Origin: Geopsychrobacteraceae bacterium
Lineage (GTDB): Bacteria; Desulfobacterota; Desulfuromonadia; Desulfuromonadales; Geopsychrobacteraceae
Length of the DNA: 64,000 nucleotides
Assembly: GCA_963662315.1 (NCBI GenBank)
Contig: OY759353.1
Location: 2,656,001 to 2,720,000, forward strand
Direction of reading: 5' to 3'
Shown in pieces: positions 8,784-17,430 of this stretch. Under the pieces are notes generated by a model. That model ran no database searches. It had not been told where the DNA came from and worked only from the letters and a program-made list of their open reading frames with translations. How positions within the stretch are numbered: position 1 is the stretch's first letter; the number at the start of each line of letters is the position of its first letter. The translations under genes and the position numbers were made by a program.

Positions 8784-9962
8784 TTAGTTCAAATTTGCTG
8801 TACCACTCTTCTGACTGACCATAGCAGCCAGATAATAAGTAACTACACCGACACCTGCCGCAAGTACAGGTGCCAGAATCAGCGAACCCAGAAACCATTC
8901 ATAAAATCGCTGTAACGCCTGATAACCCAGAGTCTGCAGCGAAAATTCCGTCAGCCACTGTCCATGACGCATAAAGTACCCGGCCTCGATGCATAATGCA
9001 GGTACCAGGGGCGGCATACACAACTGACTGCTGGTGACCGCAGCGACCTTATTGAGCCGGAAAAAGCTGCAGGCAAACAAAATCGCTATGGTGTGGCAGA
9101 ACAGCAGCGGCAATGTCCCCAGCAATACCCCCGCCGCCGCCGCATAGGCTAACTGTTTAGGCGTACGATTCTCACTCACCAGCGTCTTCAGTGACCGCAA
9201 GGGATGAATGACTGACAAGGCTTCGATCTTGCGTTCATCACGCGCAAAAATCTTACGGTGCGGCCATGGTACAATCGAGCGTAACGTCAGATGTGTATTC
9301 AGCAAGGTCAGACGCCAGTTATCCAGAAAGCCTCGAAAGTGAGAAATCCGCTCATCCTGAGGCGGATAGTAGACCGAGATATCGACATCACGCAACTCAA
9401 CACCAGCCCAGGCGGCCCTGACCAGAATTTCGACCTCAAAATTATAGCGCCTCGTCCAAAAGGTCAACCGCTCAAAAAGGAACAGCGGATAGGCGCGAAA
9501 GCCACTCTGACTGTCTCCAAGCTGACTGCCCGTTTGCAAACGTAACCAGAAGTTGGAAAACTTGCGCCCGAAGCGTGACGAACCGGGAATACTATCCTGG
9601 TCAAAATCACGCTTGCCGACAATCAGTGCCTCGGGATACGTACAAACCTCAGCCAGGAATTTGGGCAAATCATCCGCAGCGTGCTGTCCATCAGCGTCAA
9701 GGCAGATCATATGGCTAAAGCCATGCTCTCGCCCCCATGAAGCCGCCGTCAGCAAAGCTGCCCCCTTACCCTGATTTTCAGCGTGAACAACCAGCTCAAC
9801 CGGCAGATCCCCCAGTATTTCGGCAACCGGTTCGCTACTGCCGTCATCAACAACCAGCACCTTCTTATGGTGGTTCAAAACACCTGTTACAACATGACGC
9901 AACGTTGCACCATGGTTGTAAACAGGAATCACCACCAGGATCTGCAATCGGTTATCCACCAT
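8784..9962 (-). CDS. GT2 glycosyltransferase fused to a DUF2062 membrane domain
   Basis: VIPVYN, VVDDGS, NQGKG, LDADGQH, DSQSGFR; hydrophobic C-terminal domain. Start set at MVDNRL. Confidence 0.88.
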   Translation of the reverse strand: MVDNRLQILVVIPVYNHGATLRHVVTGVLNHHKKVLVVDDGSSEPVAEILGDLPVELVVHAENQGKGAALLTAASWGREHGFSHMICLDADGQHAADDLPKFLAEVCTYPEALIVGKRDFDQDSIPGSSRFGRKFSNFWLRLQTGSQLGDSQSGFRAYPLFLFERLTFWTRRYNFEVEILVRAAWAGVELRDVDISVYYPPQDERISHFRGFLDNWRLTLLNTHLTLRSIVPWPHRKIFARDERKIEALSVIHPLRSLKTLVSENRTPKQLAYAAAAGVLLGTLPLLFCHTIAILFACSFFRLNKVAAVTSSQLCMPPLVPALCIEAGYFMRHGQWLTEFSLQTLGYQALQRFYEWFLGSLILAPVLAAGVGVVTYYLAAMVSQKSGTANLN

Positions 9963-11400
9963 AGCGCTTGTTGCTGACCGCAAAACGTAAAAACTGCCCG
10001 GCACTGGCCAAAAAACGCAGCCAGCTGTCAGGTGATTTCCACAGCATGGTCACATACCCCCACAATACCGGCCAACGTTGAAAATGTTTCTTGTAAAATT
10101 CAATAAACAGCTTTTCGAGGCGCTCTTTATCCATCCCGTGAGGAACAAACTGAAAATGCATACAGTCCATTTTGGGCCAGTCCTCATCAAAGGTTCCGAG
10201 TTCATGGATCTTCTCATAAATCGGTGATCCGGGGAACGGGGTAAACTTGGCGAGATTAAAATCATCGATGGGCAGCGAATAGACATACTCCATACTGCGT
10301 CTGATTGAGGCCTCACTCTCCCCGGGCAATCCCATCATCAAGAGTCCTTTGGTACGAATACCACAGGCCTTGATGGTGCGGATAGTCTCCGCCAGCAGAT
10401 CCAGGTTGGCATTCTGCCGATGCTGACTGAGTAGCTGCTCATCACCACTTTCAATCCCCAGGCTGACCATCCAGCAACCGGCGGCTTTCATCAGCTGCAA
10501 CAGCTCACGGTCGACGTGTTCGGCCCGAACGGCACAGTTAAAGGTCATCCCCAGCGGTTTGTCGATCATCATGCGGCAGAATTCTTCGACCCGACCACGA
10601 TGAAAAGTAAACTGGTCATCATAAAAGTTGATATGGCGAATACCAAAGCGTTCTTTCAGATAGACCAGGTGGCGATACAGGTAATCGGCCGAATTGTAGC
10701 GGAAGGTACGGCGGAAGACACTGCGATCACAATAGCTGCAGCTGTAAGGACAGCCACGACTGGAGATACAGCTGCTGTTGGGCGCCTTGGGATAATTGAA
10801 AATCGGCAGTTTATAGGCATCGGGATAGCCTTCCAGTTTTTCATAAGCCGGAAAGGGCAGATCGTCAAGAACCAGGGCGTCCGTGCGGTAGCCGTTATTG
10901 ACGATGGTTCCGTCACCAGCGCGCCAGACAACACCACCAATCTGCTCCGGAGATGCGCCGGCCAAGCGAGCCAGCTCCAGAGTGGTCTGCTCTCCTTCAC
11001 CGATGACGGCGTAATCGATCAGTTCCGAAAACTCCAGAACCTGCTCTTTTAAAGCCGACACATGAGGGCCTCCTACGGCAACCTTGATCCCCGGCAGTTC
11101 CGCCTTGGCGATTCCCGCCATGCGCACACTGTCATGAATACTGGCCGTAGTACAACTGATCCCCAGCAACGCCGGGCGCTGGTCACGCAGCAGTTGCACA
11201 AAGCGGTCATCGGCATCTGGATGCGCATAACAATCAAGAATTCTGCTGTTAAATCCTTCCTGATCAACATATGCAGCAATACTGGCCAGCCCTAATGGGG
11301 GCATGATGTTCGCTTTGCGTGAGATATCACGACTTGCAGCATCGGCCTGATAACCGAGGGGGTGCAGCAGCAGAATATTTTTTTGGTTCAGTCCAGTCAT
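9952..11400 (-). CDS. Cobalamin-binding radical SAM enzyme
   Basis: PPLGLASIAA, GGPHVS, GEGE, SRGCPYSCSYC, GIESG. Start set at MTGLNQ. Confidence 0.92.
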   Translation of the reverse strand: MTGLNQKNILLLHPLGYQADAASRDISRKANIMPPLGLASIAAYVDQEGFNSRILDCYAHPDADDRFVQLLRDQRPALLGISCTTASIHDSVRMAGIAKAELPGIKVAVGGPHVSALKEQVLEFSELIDYAVIGEGEQTTLELARLAGASPEQIGGVVWRAGDGTIVNNGYRTDALVLDDLPFPAYEKLEGYPDAYKLPIFNYPKAPNSSCISSRGCPYSCSYCDRSVFRRTFRYNSADYLYRHLVYLKERFGIRHINFYDDQFTFHRGRVEEFCRMMIDKPLGMTFNCAVRAEHVDRELLQLMKAAGCWMVSLGIESGDEQLLSQHRQNANLDLLAETIRTIKACGIRTKGLLMMGLPGESEASIRRSMEYVYSLPIDDFNLAKFTPFPGSPIYEKIHELGTFDEDWPKMDCMHFQFVPHGMDKERLEKLFIEFYKKHFQRWPVLWGYVTMLWKSPDSWLRFLASAGQFLRFAVSNKRYGG

Positions 11401-11420
11401 AATATGTTCGTTCAACTTCC

Positions 11421-12788
11421 TTAGACGCTGGCGACCTTTGTTTCTTTTGGAAAACGGACCAGATAATCCCACATCAGACCGCGGTAACCGAAATCACGCA
11501 TAACAGCGATACGCTTGAGCCCTTCGGACGGCGGGAAGACCCGGTTCTTCTGCCCAGCCCATCTTTCAACAATTCGGTTCTCCATGTGTTTGCGATCAAT
11601 ACCTTTAGAGAAATAGTAAACCGGTTTCAACAACGAGGTGTCGGCACTGATAATCCCTTCGGCAATAGCTTGGGGATGCAACGGTGAATCGGGGAAAATA
11701 CGGATTCCTGAAAACGCAAAAACAACGGAAGCGCCCAGCTGCTCCATATTGTTCAGGCCTTCTTCAAGAGAATCACTATCTTCTCCCGGGCCGCCGAAGA
11801 TGACATAATGAGCCGCCGGCAACCGTTCCGCCAGGCAGGCTTCATTGACGGCAAAGATCTCGTCGAAAGTCAGTCTTTTGTTAATACCTTTAAGAGTTTT
11901 GTCGGAAGCGGCATCAGTCCCAAGTTCCAAAGCGTAAAGCCCGGCCCTCTTCATCAACGCCAGGTTTTCACGATTCAGGCTCTGGGGGCGGAAGAAAGCC
12001 GACCAGCGAATTTGCAGATCACTGCGCAACATTTCCTCGACCAGTTCCAGGTAGTAACCTTTCGGATCGTTAAATACCGAGTCGGTAAAGAACACACTGT
12101 CGGCACCGTGCCTTCTTTTGAGCTCCCGCAGCTCGGCAACAACCTGGCGCGGATCACGCACCCGAAATTGATTTCCTTCCAGATGCGGGTAGGAACAATA
12201 GCTGCACTGGTAGGGGCAGCCCCGCTTGGTCTGCATATTGATGACGTCGCTTTCACGCTGGTAATAAGCGACCATCTCATCAACATAAACTGGTGAGGCA
12301 AACTCATGGCCGGCCAGCGGTGGCCGCCGGGGGATGATTTTCCCCGGTTGTTCGCCAGCAGTCAAGGCCGCTATCAAAGCAGGAACCGACTGTTCCCCTT
12401 CGCCAATTACCGCGTGGTCAACACCGACATAATCAGTAATCATCTCCGGCATTATTGTCAGCGCCGGCCCCCCCAGCAGAATCGGCGCACTGCTCATAGT
12501 GCGCAGGTCGGCAACCAGATCCCGGGCATTCTTCAGATACCAGCCGTCTTCGCCGCAAAAGGAATCGACATTGTCGATATTACGTAAAGTAATCGCGATA
12601 AAATCCGGCTTAAAATCACTAATGGCAGCCTGCAAAGTTGCAGTGTCCCGCCCGTGAACCAGGCAATCGTACTGCTGAACCTGGTGACCCGCAGCAATCA
12701 GTGCCCCTGATACGACGGCCATCCCTAACGGATAAACGGCATAGGGATCGGTCGCCGTATTGCAGGAGATGAAGAAAATCCTGCTCAC
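11421..12788 (-). CDS. Cobalamin-binding radical SAM enzyme, lipid-biosynthesis-island type
   Basis: PYAVYPLG, LRNIDN, TKRGCPYQCSYC, ELGTD; recalled resemblance to TIGR04072, not verified. Confidence 0.88.
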   Translation of the reverse strand: MSRIFFISCNTATDPYAVYPLGMAVVSGALIAAGHQVQQYDCLVHGRDTATLQAAISDFKPDFIAITLRNIDNVDSFCGEDGWYLKNARDLVADLRTMSSAPILLGGPALTIMPEMITDYVGVDHAVIGEGEQSVPALIAALTAGEQPGKIIPRRPPLAGHEFASPVYVDEMVAYYQRESDVINMQTKRGCPYQCSYCSYPHLEGNQFRVRDPRQVVAELRELKRRHGADSVFFTDSVFNDPKGYYLELVEEMLRSDLQIRWSAFFRPQSLNRENLALMKRAGLYALELGTDAASDKTLKGINKRLTFDEIFAVNEACLAERLPAAHYVIFGGPGEDSDSLEEGLNNMEQLGASVVFAFSGIRIFPDSPLHPQAIAEGIISADTSLLKPVYYFSKGIDRKHMENRIVERWAGQKNRVFPPSEGLKRIAVMRDFGYRGLMWDYLVRFPKETKVASV

Positions 12789-14044
12789 GCACTCTCCTTT
12801 TTGAACAATCTACGCTTCCGTGGGTTGTAGCGATGGTAGGTTTCATCATCCATTTCGCGGCGAATAACCTGTTTGAACAACTCGCCCATTTTGAGTTGGT
12901 GACCACCATCGGAGTAGAAGGTATCCCAGGCGTAATAGTACATCTCCTGCAGTTTTTCCGGACTCATCTGCTTGGGCTGGAAGACGACTTTATCGGCCGT
13001 ATATTTGAGCCAGTCATTGGACAGGATGCGCCCTTCCTTTTCCATCTGGGCCCGGATCGGTGAATGGGGAAACGGCGTCATAATGGTGAACTCGGCAACG
13101 TCGAGTTCAACTTCCATCAGGAAATCAACCAGACGCTTGATGTAATCCTCATCCTGATCATCGGTCCCGAGAATAATCGTTCCTTCGATACCGATACCAT
13201 GGTCCTTAAGACGCTTGATGCGGTTACGGATCACATCGGAGGTATCGAAAACCGCCTGATAAACGTACCAGGCTCCAGCCTGAGCGGCGAGGTCAAGAAT
13301 TTCGTCATCATCAAGAATCGGGTGGGAAACCCATTTCTTTTTCAGGGGGATCATGGCGGTAAACAGTTCTTTAAGCCACTCTTTGTCCTGCGCCAGGGAG
13401 TTGTCGACGATGAACATGCGATTGTTCTGAATCGCCTCCATCTCGGCGATGACTTTTTCTACCGGCCGGGGACGAAACTGTTTGCCACCCAGGTAACCGG
13501 TACAGCAGGGGAAACAGTTAAATTTGCAACCGCGCGAAGCATGGACCAGATCAAGCATCTGCACACCACGATAATTGTACAGGTCGCGATCAAGAATCTC
13601 ACGGCGGGCGGTGCCAACCAGGTTGATATCGGGATGGTTATGCATGTAGTTATAAAGTGGCTTCAGCTGACCACGCTGGAAATCTTCAATAACCTGGCCA
13701 AAACGCCCTTCCGCCTCACCGAGGAAAACCGCATCGGCATGCTGTTGAACTTCTTCAGCATGCAGCATGGTTGAAATGCCGCCGAAGATAACAGTTTTGC
13801 CACGCTCACGGAACTCTCTGGCGATCTCAAAAGCCCGGGGCAACTGGGATGTGAGCATGGTCGATATGGCAACAAGATCACTACTGGCATCAAAATCGAT
13901 CGTCTGCAGGTTCTCATCGGTAAAGTTGATCTCTACCTCCTCCGGAACGGCAGCGGCAAACACGACCGGGCCGTGCGGTGGCAGGTGAAACTCGGTCTGG
14001 CGATCCAGCTTAGGCCAGCGCGGGTAGATCAATTCCATCTTCAT
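12785..14044 (-). CDS. Cobalamin-binding radical SAM enzyme
   Basis: B12-binding-like N-terminus (FGGIS, GEAEG), SRGCKFNCFPCC, TPFPHSP. Start set at MKMELI. Confidence 0.88.
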   Translation of the reverse strand: MKMELIYPRWPKLDRQTEFHLPPHGPVVFAAAVPEEVEINFTDENLQTIDFDASSDLVAISTMLTSQLPRAFEIAREFRERGKTVIFGGISTMLHAEEVQQHADAVFLGEAEGRFGQVIEDFQRGQLKPLYNYMHNHPDINLVGTARREILDRDLYNYRGVQMLDLVHASRGCKFNCFPCCTGYLGGKQFRPRPVEKVIAEMEAIQNNRMFIVDNSLAQDKEWLKELFTAMIPLKKKWVSHPILDDDEILDLAAQAGAWYVYQAVFDTSDVIRNRIKRLKDHGIGIEGTIILGTDDQDEDYIKRLVDFLMEVELDVAEFTIMTPFPHSPIRAQMEKEGRILSNDWLKYTADKVVFQPKQMSPEKLQEMYYYAWDTFYSDGGHQLKMGELFKQVIRREMDDETYHRYNPRKRRLFKKESA

Positions 14045-14100
14045 AAGCAGCTCGTCTCCTTCTTCCGGCACTGTTTAATTGAAGGCCGGCGATATTCTCA

Positions 14101-14796
14101 TTATCTGCAGTTCTGACAGCAGCTGACAAGACCAGTCAGGTCAGAAACCGGTTTTCCATTCAAAGTCAGGGTCTTTTCTATCAGTTCCAGGCAACCGTAT
14201 CCGGTCACATGAGGTTCCTTTTCAAGCAGCATAAACAACGCCCCGGGAACTTCACCGGAACGCTCCAGCTCAGCACAGGGCAGATCACAGATGCCGGCCA
14301 GCATCCCGGTCTGATCACTTAAACTCAGCTCTTCAAGGGCATAGCGCACCGCCGCCAAACGGTCGGGATCGTGCTGATTAATAACCAGGCTGTTCCCCCC
14401 CAGGCCGAAACGTAACGCGACTTCGCCCAGGAAACTGTTGGCCAGGGTATAAGCGAACAGGTTGGGGCTGGCAAGCTTACCGCCATCGACCAACATAGTC
14501 TCCAGGTAATCCCGATCAGTTGCCAGGCAACCGTAACGACTGGCAGCGACAATACCAATCGGCCGGGCTTCGCTGAAGGCATCTCGCTCAGCATCGCGCA
14601 GACAGAAAGCCGCTGCAGCCAGACCAAGACGGGAAAAGTCATCAAGCCGGCCAAAGCGTTTATCCGGTTCAGCAAAAATCTGTTTGCGCGTCGGAATCTC
14701 CAGGTTTCCTGCCGTCAGCGGATGACCGGCGTCCCTGTGCCCCTGTCCGGAACCCGCCGGAGTATGCCAGCCAATACCATTAATCCAGGCTTTCAT
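14101..14796 (-). CDS. Short ketosynthase N-terminal / chain-length-factor-like protein
   Basis: RFGRLDDFSR, SPNLFAYTLAN; no catalytic triad; ATGA overlap with the upstream KS. Confidence 0.8.
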   Translation of the reverse strand: MKAWINGIGWHTPAGSGQGHRDAGHPLTAGNLEIPTRKQIFAEPDKRFGRLDDFSRLGLAAAAFCLRDAERDAFSEARPIGIVAASRYGCLATDRDYLETMLVDGGKLASPNLFAYTLANSFLGEVALRFGLGGNSLVINQHDPDRLAAVRYALEELSLSDQTGMLAGICDLPCAELERSGEVPGALFMLLEKEPHVTGYGCLELIEKTLTLNGKPVSDLTGLVSCCQNCR

Positions 14797-15917
14797 TGCT
14801 CCCCCCTGTGGAGAATAACAACGGCATTGATGCCACCAAAACCGGAATTGCTGCTGAGCAGATAATCCCCCTCAAAAGCTTGTGCGCCACCACTGATCAT
14901 GCCGCGAGCATCCGCTTCCGGCTGAAGGCAGCCAACCGTCCCCGGAATCCGTCGTTCCGCAAGTGCGCGCGCGGCAACGGCCAGTTCCACACCACCGGCA
15001 GCGCCAAGGCTGTGCCCCAGGCTCCCTTTGATACCATGAATCGGTGGCAGCGCATCGCCAAATACCGCGTTAAACGCAACCAGTTCCATGGCATCGTTAA
15101 ATACCGTGGCCGTGGCATGAGCATTAATCGCTGCGACCTGCCCCGGAGTAATAGCCGCTTTGCTCAATGCCTGCTGGCAGGCCCGAATTAGTCCACGACC
15201 ATCGCGTGCCGGTGCCGTGACATGAAAAGCATCATTTGCCACCCCCCAGCCACTGACATAGGCCAGCACCGGTTCTTGTTCACGCCGAGCCCGCTCTTCA
15301 CTCATTAGCAGCAGGGCAACCCCCGCTTCGCCAAGATTAAGTCCGTTGCGCGTTGCATCGAAAGGGCGCGCGGGTTGCGGAGACATGGCCTGCAAAGCGG
15401 AAAACCCGGAGAAGACAAATTCACTGGCAATATCAGCGGCGACTACCAGTACAGCGTCTGCCATATCAGCAGCAATCATGGCCGCAGCGCGAGCGACAGC
15501 GACTGTTGACGAAGCACAGGCGGCGTTAATATTGAGCCCCTGATCTCTGATCCCCAGACGTTTCTGAACATCTTGGAGGACAGTCTCAAACACCAGCTCG
15601 GCTGCTAACGGCTGACCATATTGCTTCTGCAGCAGATCAACATCCCCTTTGGTCGAAGCCAGCAACAAGCGACAATCCTGCGGAACTCCTCCCAACTGCG
15701 GCAGCAGCATATCGAGTAACTCGGCAAACAGGGTCCGCCCTGAGCAGCCGTCGAGCCCGTCAATAAAGGCCCCGAGTTGAGAGATGTAATGACTGGCATC
15801 AAAACGTGATACCGGACCGACTCCGGTGCGACCGGCCAATAGACTCTCCCACAGGGTATCAAGATCAGCTCCAAGGGCACTGACAACAACGCTGCGGGCT
15901 AAAACAACCTTGGTCAT
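14793..15917 (-). CDS. Beta-ketoacyl-ACP synthase
   Basis: AACASS, NAHATAT, GHSLGAAG, GFGGIN; TGATG coupling at 15917. Confidence 0.9.
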   Translation of the reverse strand: MTKVVLARSVVVSALGADLDTLWESLLAGRTGVGPVSRFDASHYISQLGAFIDGLDGCSGRTLFAELLDMLLPQLGGVPQDCRLLLASTKGDVDLLQKQYGQPLAAELVFETVLQDVQKRLGIRDQGLNINAACASSTVAVARAAAMIAADMADAVLVVAADIASEFVFSGFSALQAMSPQPARPFDATRNGLNLGEAGVALLLMSEERARREQEPVLAYVSGWGVANDAFHVTAPARDGRGLIRACQQALSKAAITPGQVAAINAHATATVFNDAMELVAFNAVFGDALPPIHGIKGSLGHSLGAAGGVELAVAARALAERRIPGTVGCLQPEADARGMISGGAQAFEGDYLLSSNSGFGGINAVVILHRGEQ

Positions 15918-16378
15918 CAGGCCAGCTCTCCATTTTGCCAACGCTCACGGAAATCGGCACAAAACGGTGGTGGCACCATCAGCACATTGTAATCACTGTC
16001 TAGCAGCATCTGTACTGAATAACCGGTGGTGGTAATCTGACCTGCTGCGTTACGCAGAATGAATTCATGATTCAGGCGTACTGCGTCACTCCAGTGCAGG
16101 ATGGCTTCAATGGTAAAGGGGTCGCCAAAACGCAGCGGCAGGTGATAATCAGCATGCATCTGCTTGATCGGGGCAACGATCCCCTGCTCATACAAATCAA
16201 GATAACCCAGACCATATTTCTTACCAAGCATCACCCGTCCATCCTCAAAATAGCTCGGGTAACGACCGTGCCAGACGATTCCCAGCGGGTCAATCTCTTC
16301 GAAGCGTACTGTGCGCTCAACAGTCAAGGTCAAAGGAGGCGGTGCATCGGGCGAGGTTTTGAAATACGGTTTTCTCAT
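15917..16378 (-). CDS. Acyl-CoA/ACP thioesterase (4HBT/YbgC hotdog)
   Basis: VRFEEIDPLGIVWHGRYPSYFEDGR. Confidence 0.9.
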   Translation of the reverse strand: MRKPYFKTSPDAPPPLTLTVERTVRFEEIDPLGIVWHGRYPSYFEDGRVMLGKKYGLGYLDLYEQGIVAPIKQMHADYHLPLRFGDPFTIEAILHWSDAVRLNHEFILRNAAGQITTTGYSVQMLLDSDYNVLMVPPPFCADFRERWQNGELA

Positions 16379-16758
16379 TGTTCATTTCCATTATCAGTAA
16401 ATAACAGGGTAAAACGTGAAACACTTCCAGTGGCAGTATTCAGATCAGCATTAACCTGTAGCCCCCCTGGTTTTGATTTATATTTGACCGTAACCGTCAC
16501 CAGCACTTCCGGCAGCAGTTGACTCATGAATTTGGCCCGGTCGACAACCAGTCCGGTCAGTGACCGCTCAAGCAGTTGCTCTGCTAGCTGTTGGGCCACC
16601 AGCATCTGCAGCACAGCCGGAAATACCGGATGCTCCGGAAAATGGCCGGAAAACCCTGAAAAATTCACCGGAAACCAGTAGTCCTGCTCACCGCCGGCAT
16701 CATATTTACGTACCGGACCGACTGCCGCGGCAGCTATTTCCTGACGCATTCTGTTCAT
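16375..16758 (-). CDS. FabZ/FabA-like 3-hydroxyacyl-ACP dehydratase
   Basis: FSGHFPEHPVFPAV, AKF motif. Confidence 0.85.
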   Translation of the reverse strand: MNRMRQEIAAAAVGPVRKYDAGGEQDYWFPVNFSGFSGHFPEHPVFPAVLQMLVAQQLAEQLLERSLTGLVVDRAKFMSQLLPEVLVTVTVKYKSKPGGLQVNADLNTATGSVSRFTLLFTDNGNEQ

Positions 16759-17429
16759 GGTTCCTGTCTCGCTTCACGCAGCCAGAGAGTGAGTTTGACA
16801 GCGTGAGATCGATCATAATAAATAATTTCTTCCGGCAATCTGAAGCCGGAGTGATCGCCATAGGCATTATACTGGACACGCCAGCTTTGTTCCCCTAGGG
16901 TGCCAAACAACAGACGTAAATCACCGTGACAATCAAAAGTGAATCGAACCTGTTGCGCTCCACTATGCACAGAGATACGCTGGAGATTCTCCGCAACATT
17001 AATAGCATCGCTGTCACTGAGCTCCGGCTGCAGAAACATTCTGCGCAAACTTAAAGCGATACCGTCAGCAAACCCGGCCCGATCTTTCAACTGCGGGATA
17101 GCCCGAACCAGCTGACTGGTTTCAGCACTGACCTGAAGATCGAACAGCACCAGTCCGATTTCGTTCAAAGCCACCAGCCGAGCGCTACGCTGTTTGAGAT
17201 CAAGACGTAAAAAACCTTCCAGGGGAATTTTTTTCATGCCGATTTCCAGCAAGGCCCCCTGCCGTAAGCGCCAGATATTCTGCCCCTGTAACCATTGACC
17301 AGAACGCAATTGGCCTGTGGTGAAATGGCCCTGACAGCCCGTAGGCAGCTGTTGCGATGGCAACGACGGCGCACAGGCCGTCGTTACTAGCAGGACGAAC
17401 AACCACAACCACAACCACAACCAGCGCAT
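16755..17429 (-). CDS. Lipoprotein, DUF3261-like
   Basis: Lipobox TTAC; LVALNEIGLVLFDL; position matches aryl-polyene clusters. Confidence 0.7.
   Translation of the reverse strand: MRWLWLWLWLFVLLVTTACAPSLPSQQLPTGCQGHFTTGQLRSGQWLQGQNIWRLRQGALLEIGMKKIPLEGFLRLDLKQRSARLVALNEIGLVLFDLQVSAETSQLVRAIPQLKDRAGFADGIALSLRRMFLQPELSDSDAINVAENLQRISVHSGAQQVRFTFDCHGDLRLLFGTLGEQSWRVQYNAYGDHSGFRLPEEIIYYDRSHAVKLTLWLREARQEP
17400..17423. repeat. (TGGTTG)4 in-frame microsatellite
   Basis: caacca x4 on the plus strand; encodes WLWLWLWL in the signal peptide. Confidence 0.9.
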
Positions 17430-17430
17430 A

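Noticed and set aside
8652..8915. 87-aa ORF containing PSPWGEGQGEG
   Set aside because: Translation of the REP-like element on the opposite strand.
9952..14044. Calling the cluster a ladderane biosynthesis pathway
   Set aside because: The resemblance is to a proposed island only; nothing in the sequence shows the product, and the core looks aryl-polyene-like.
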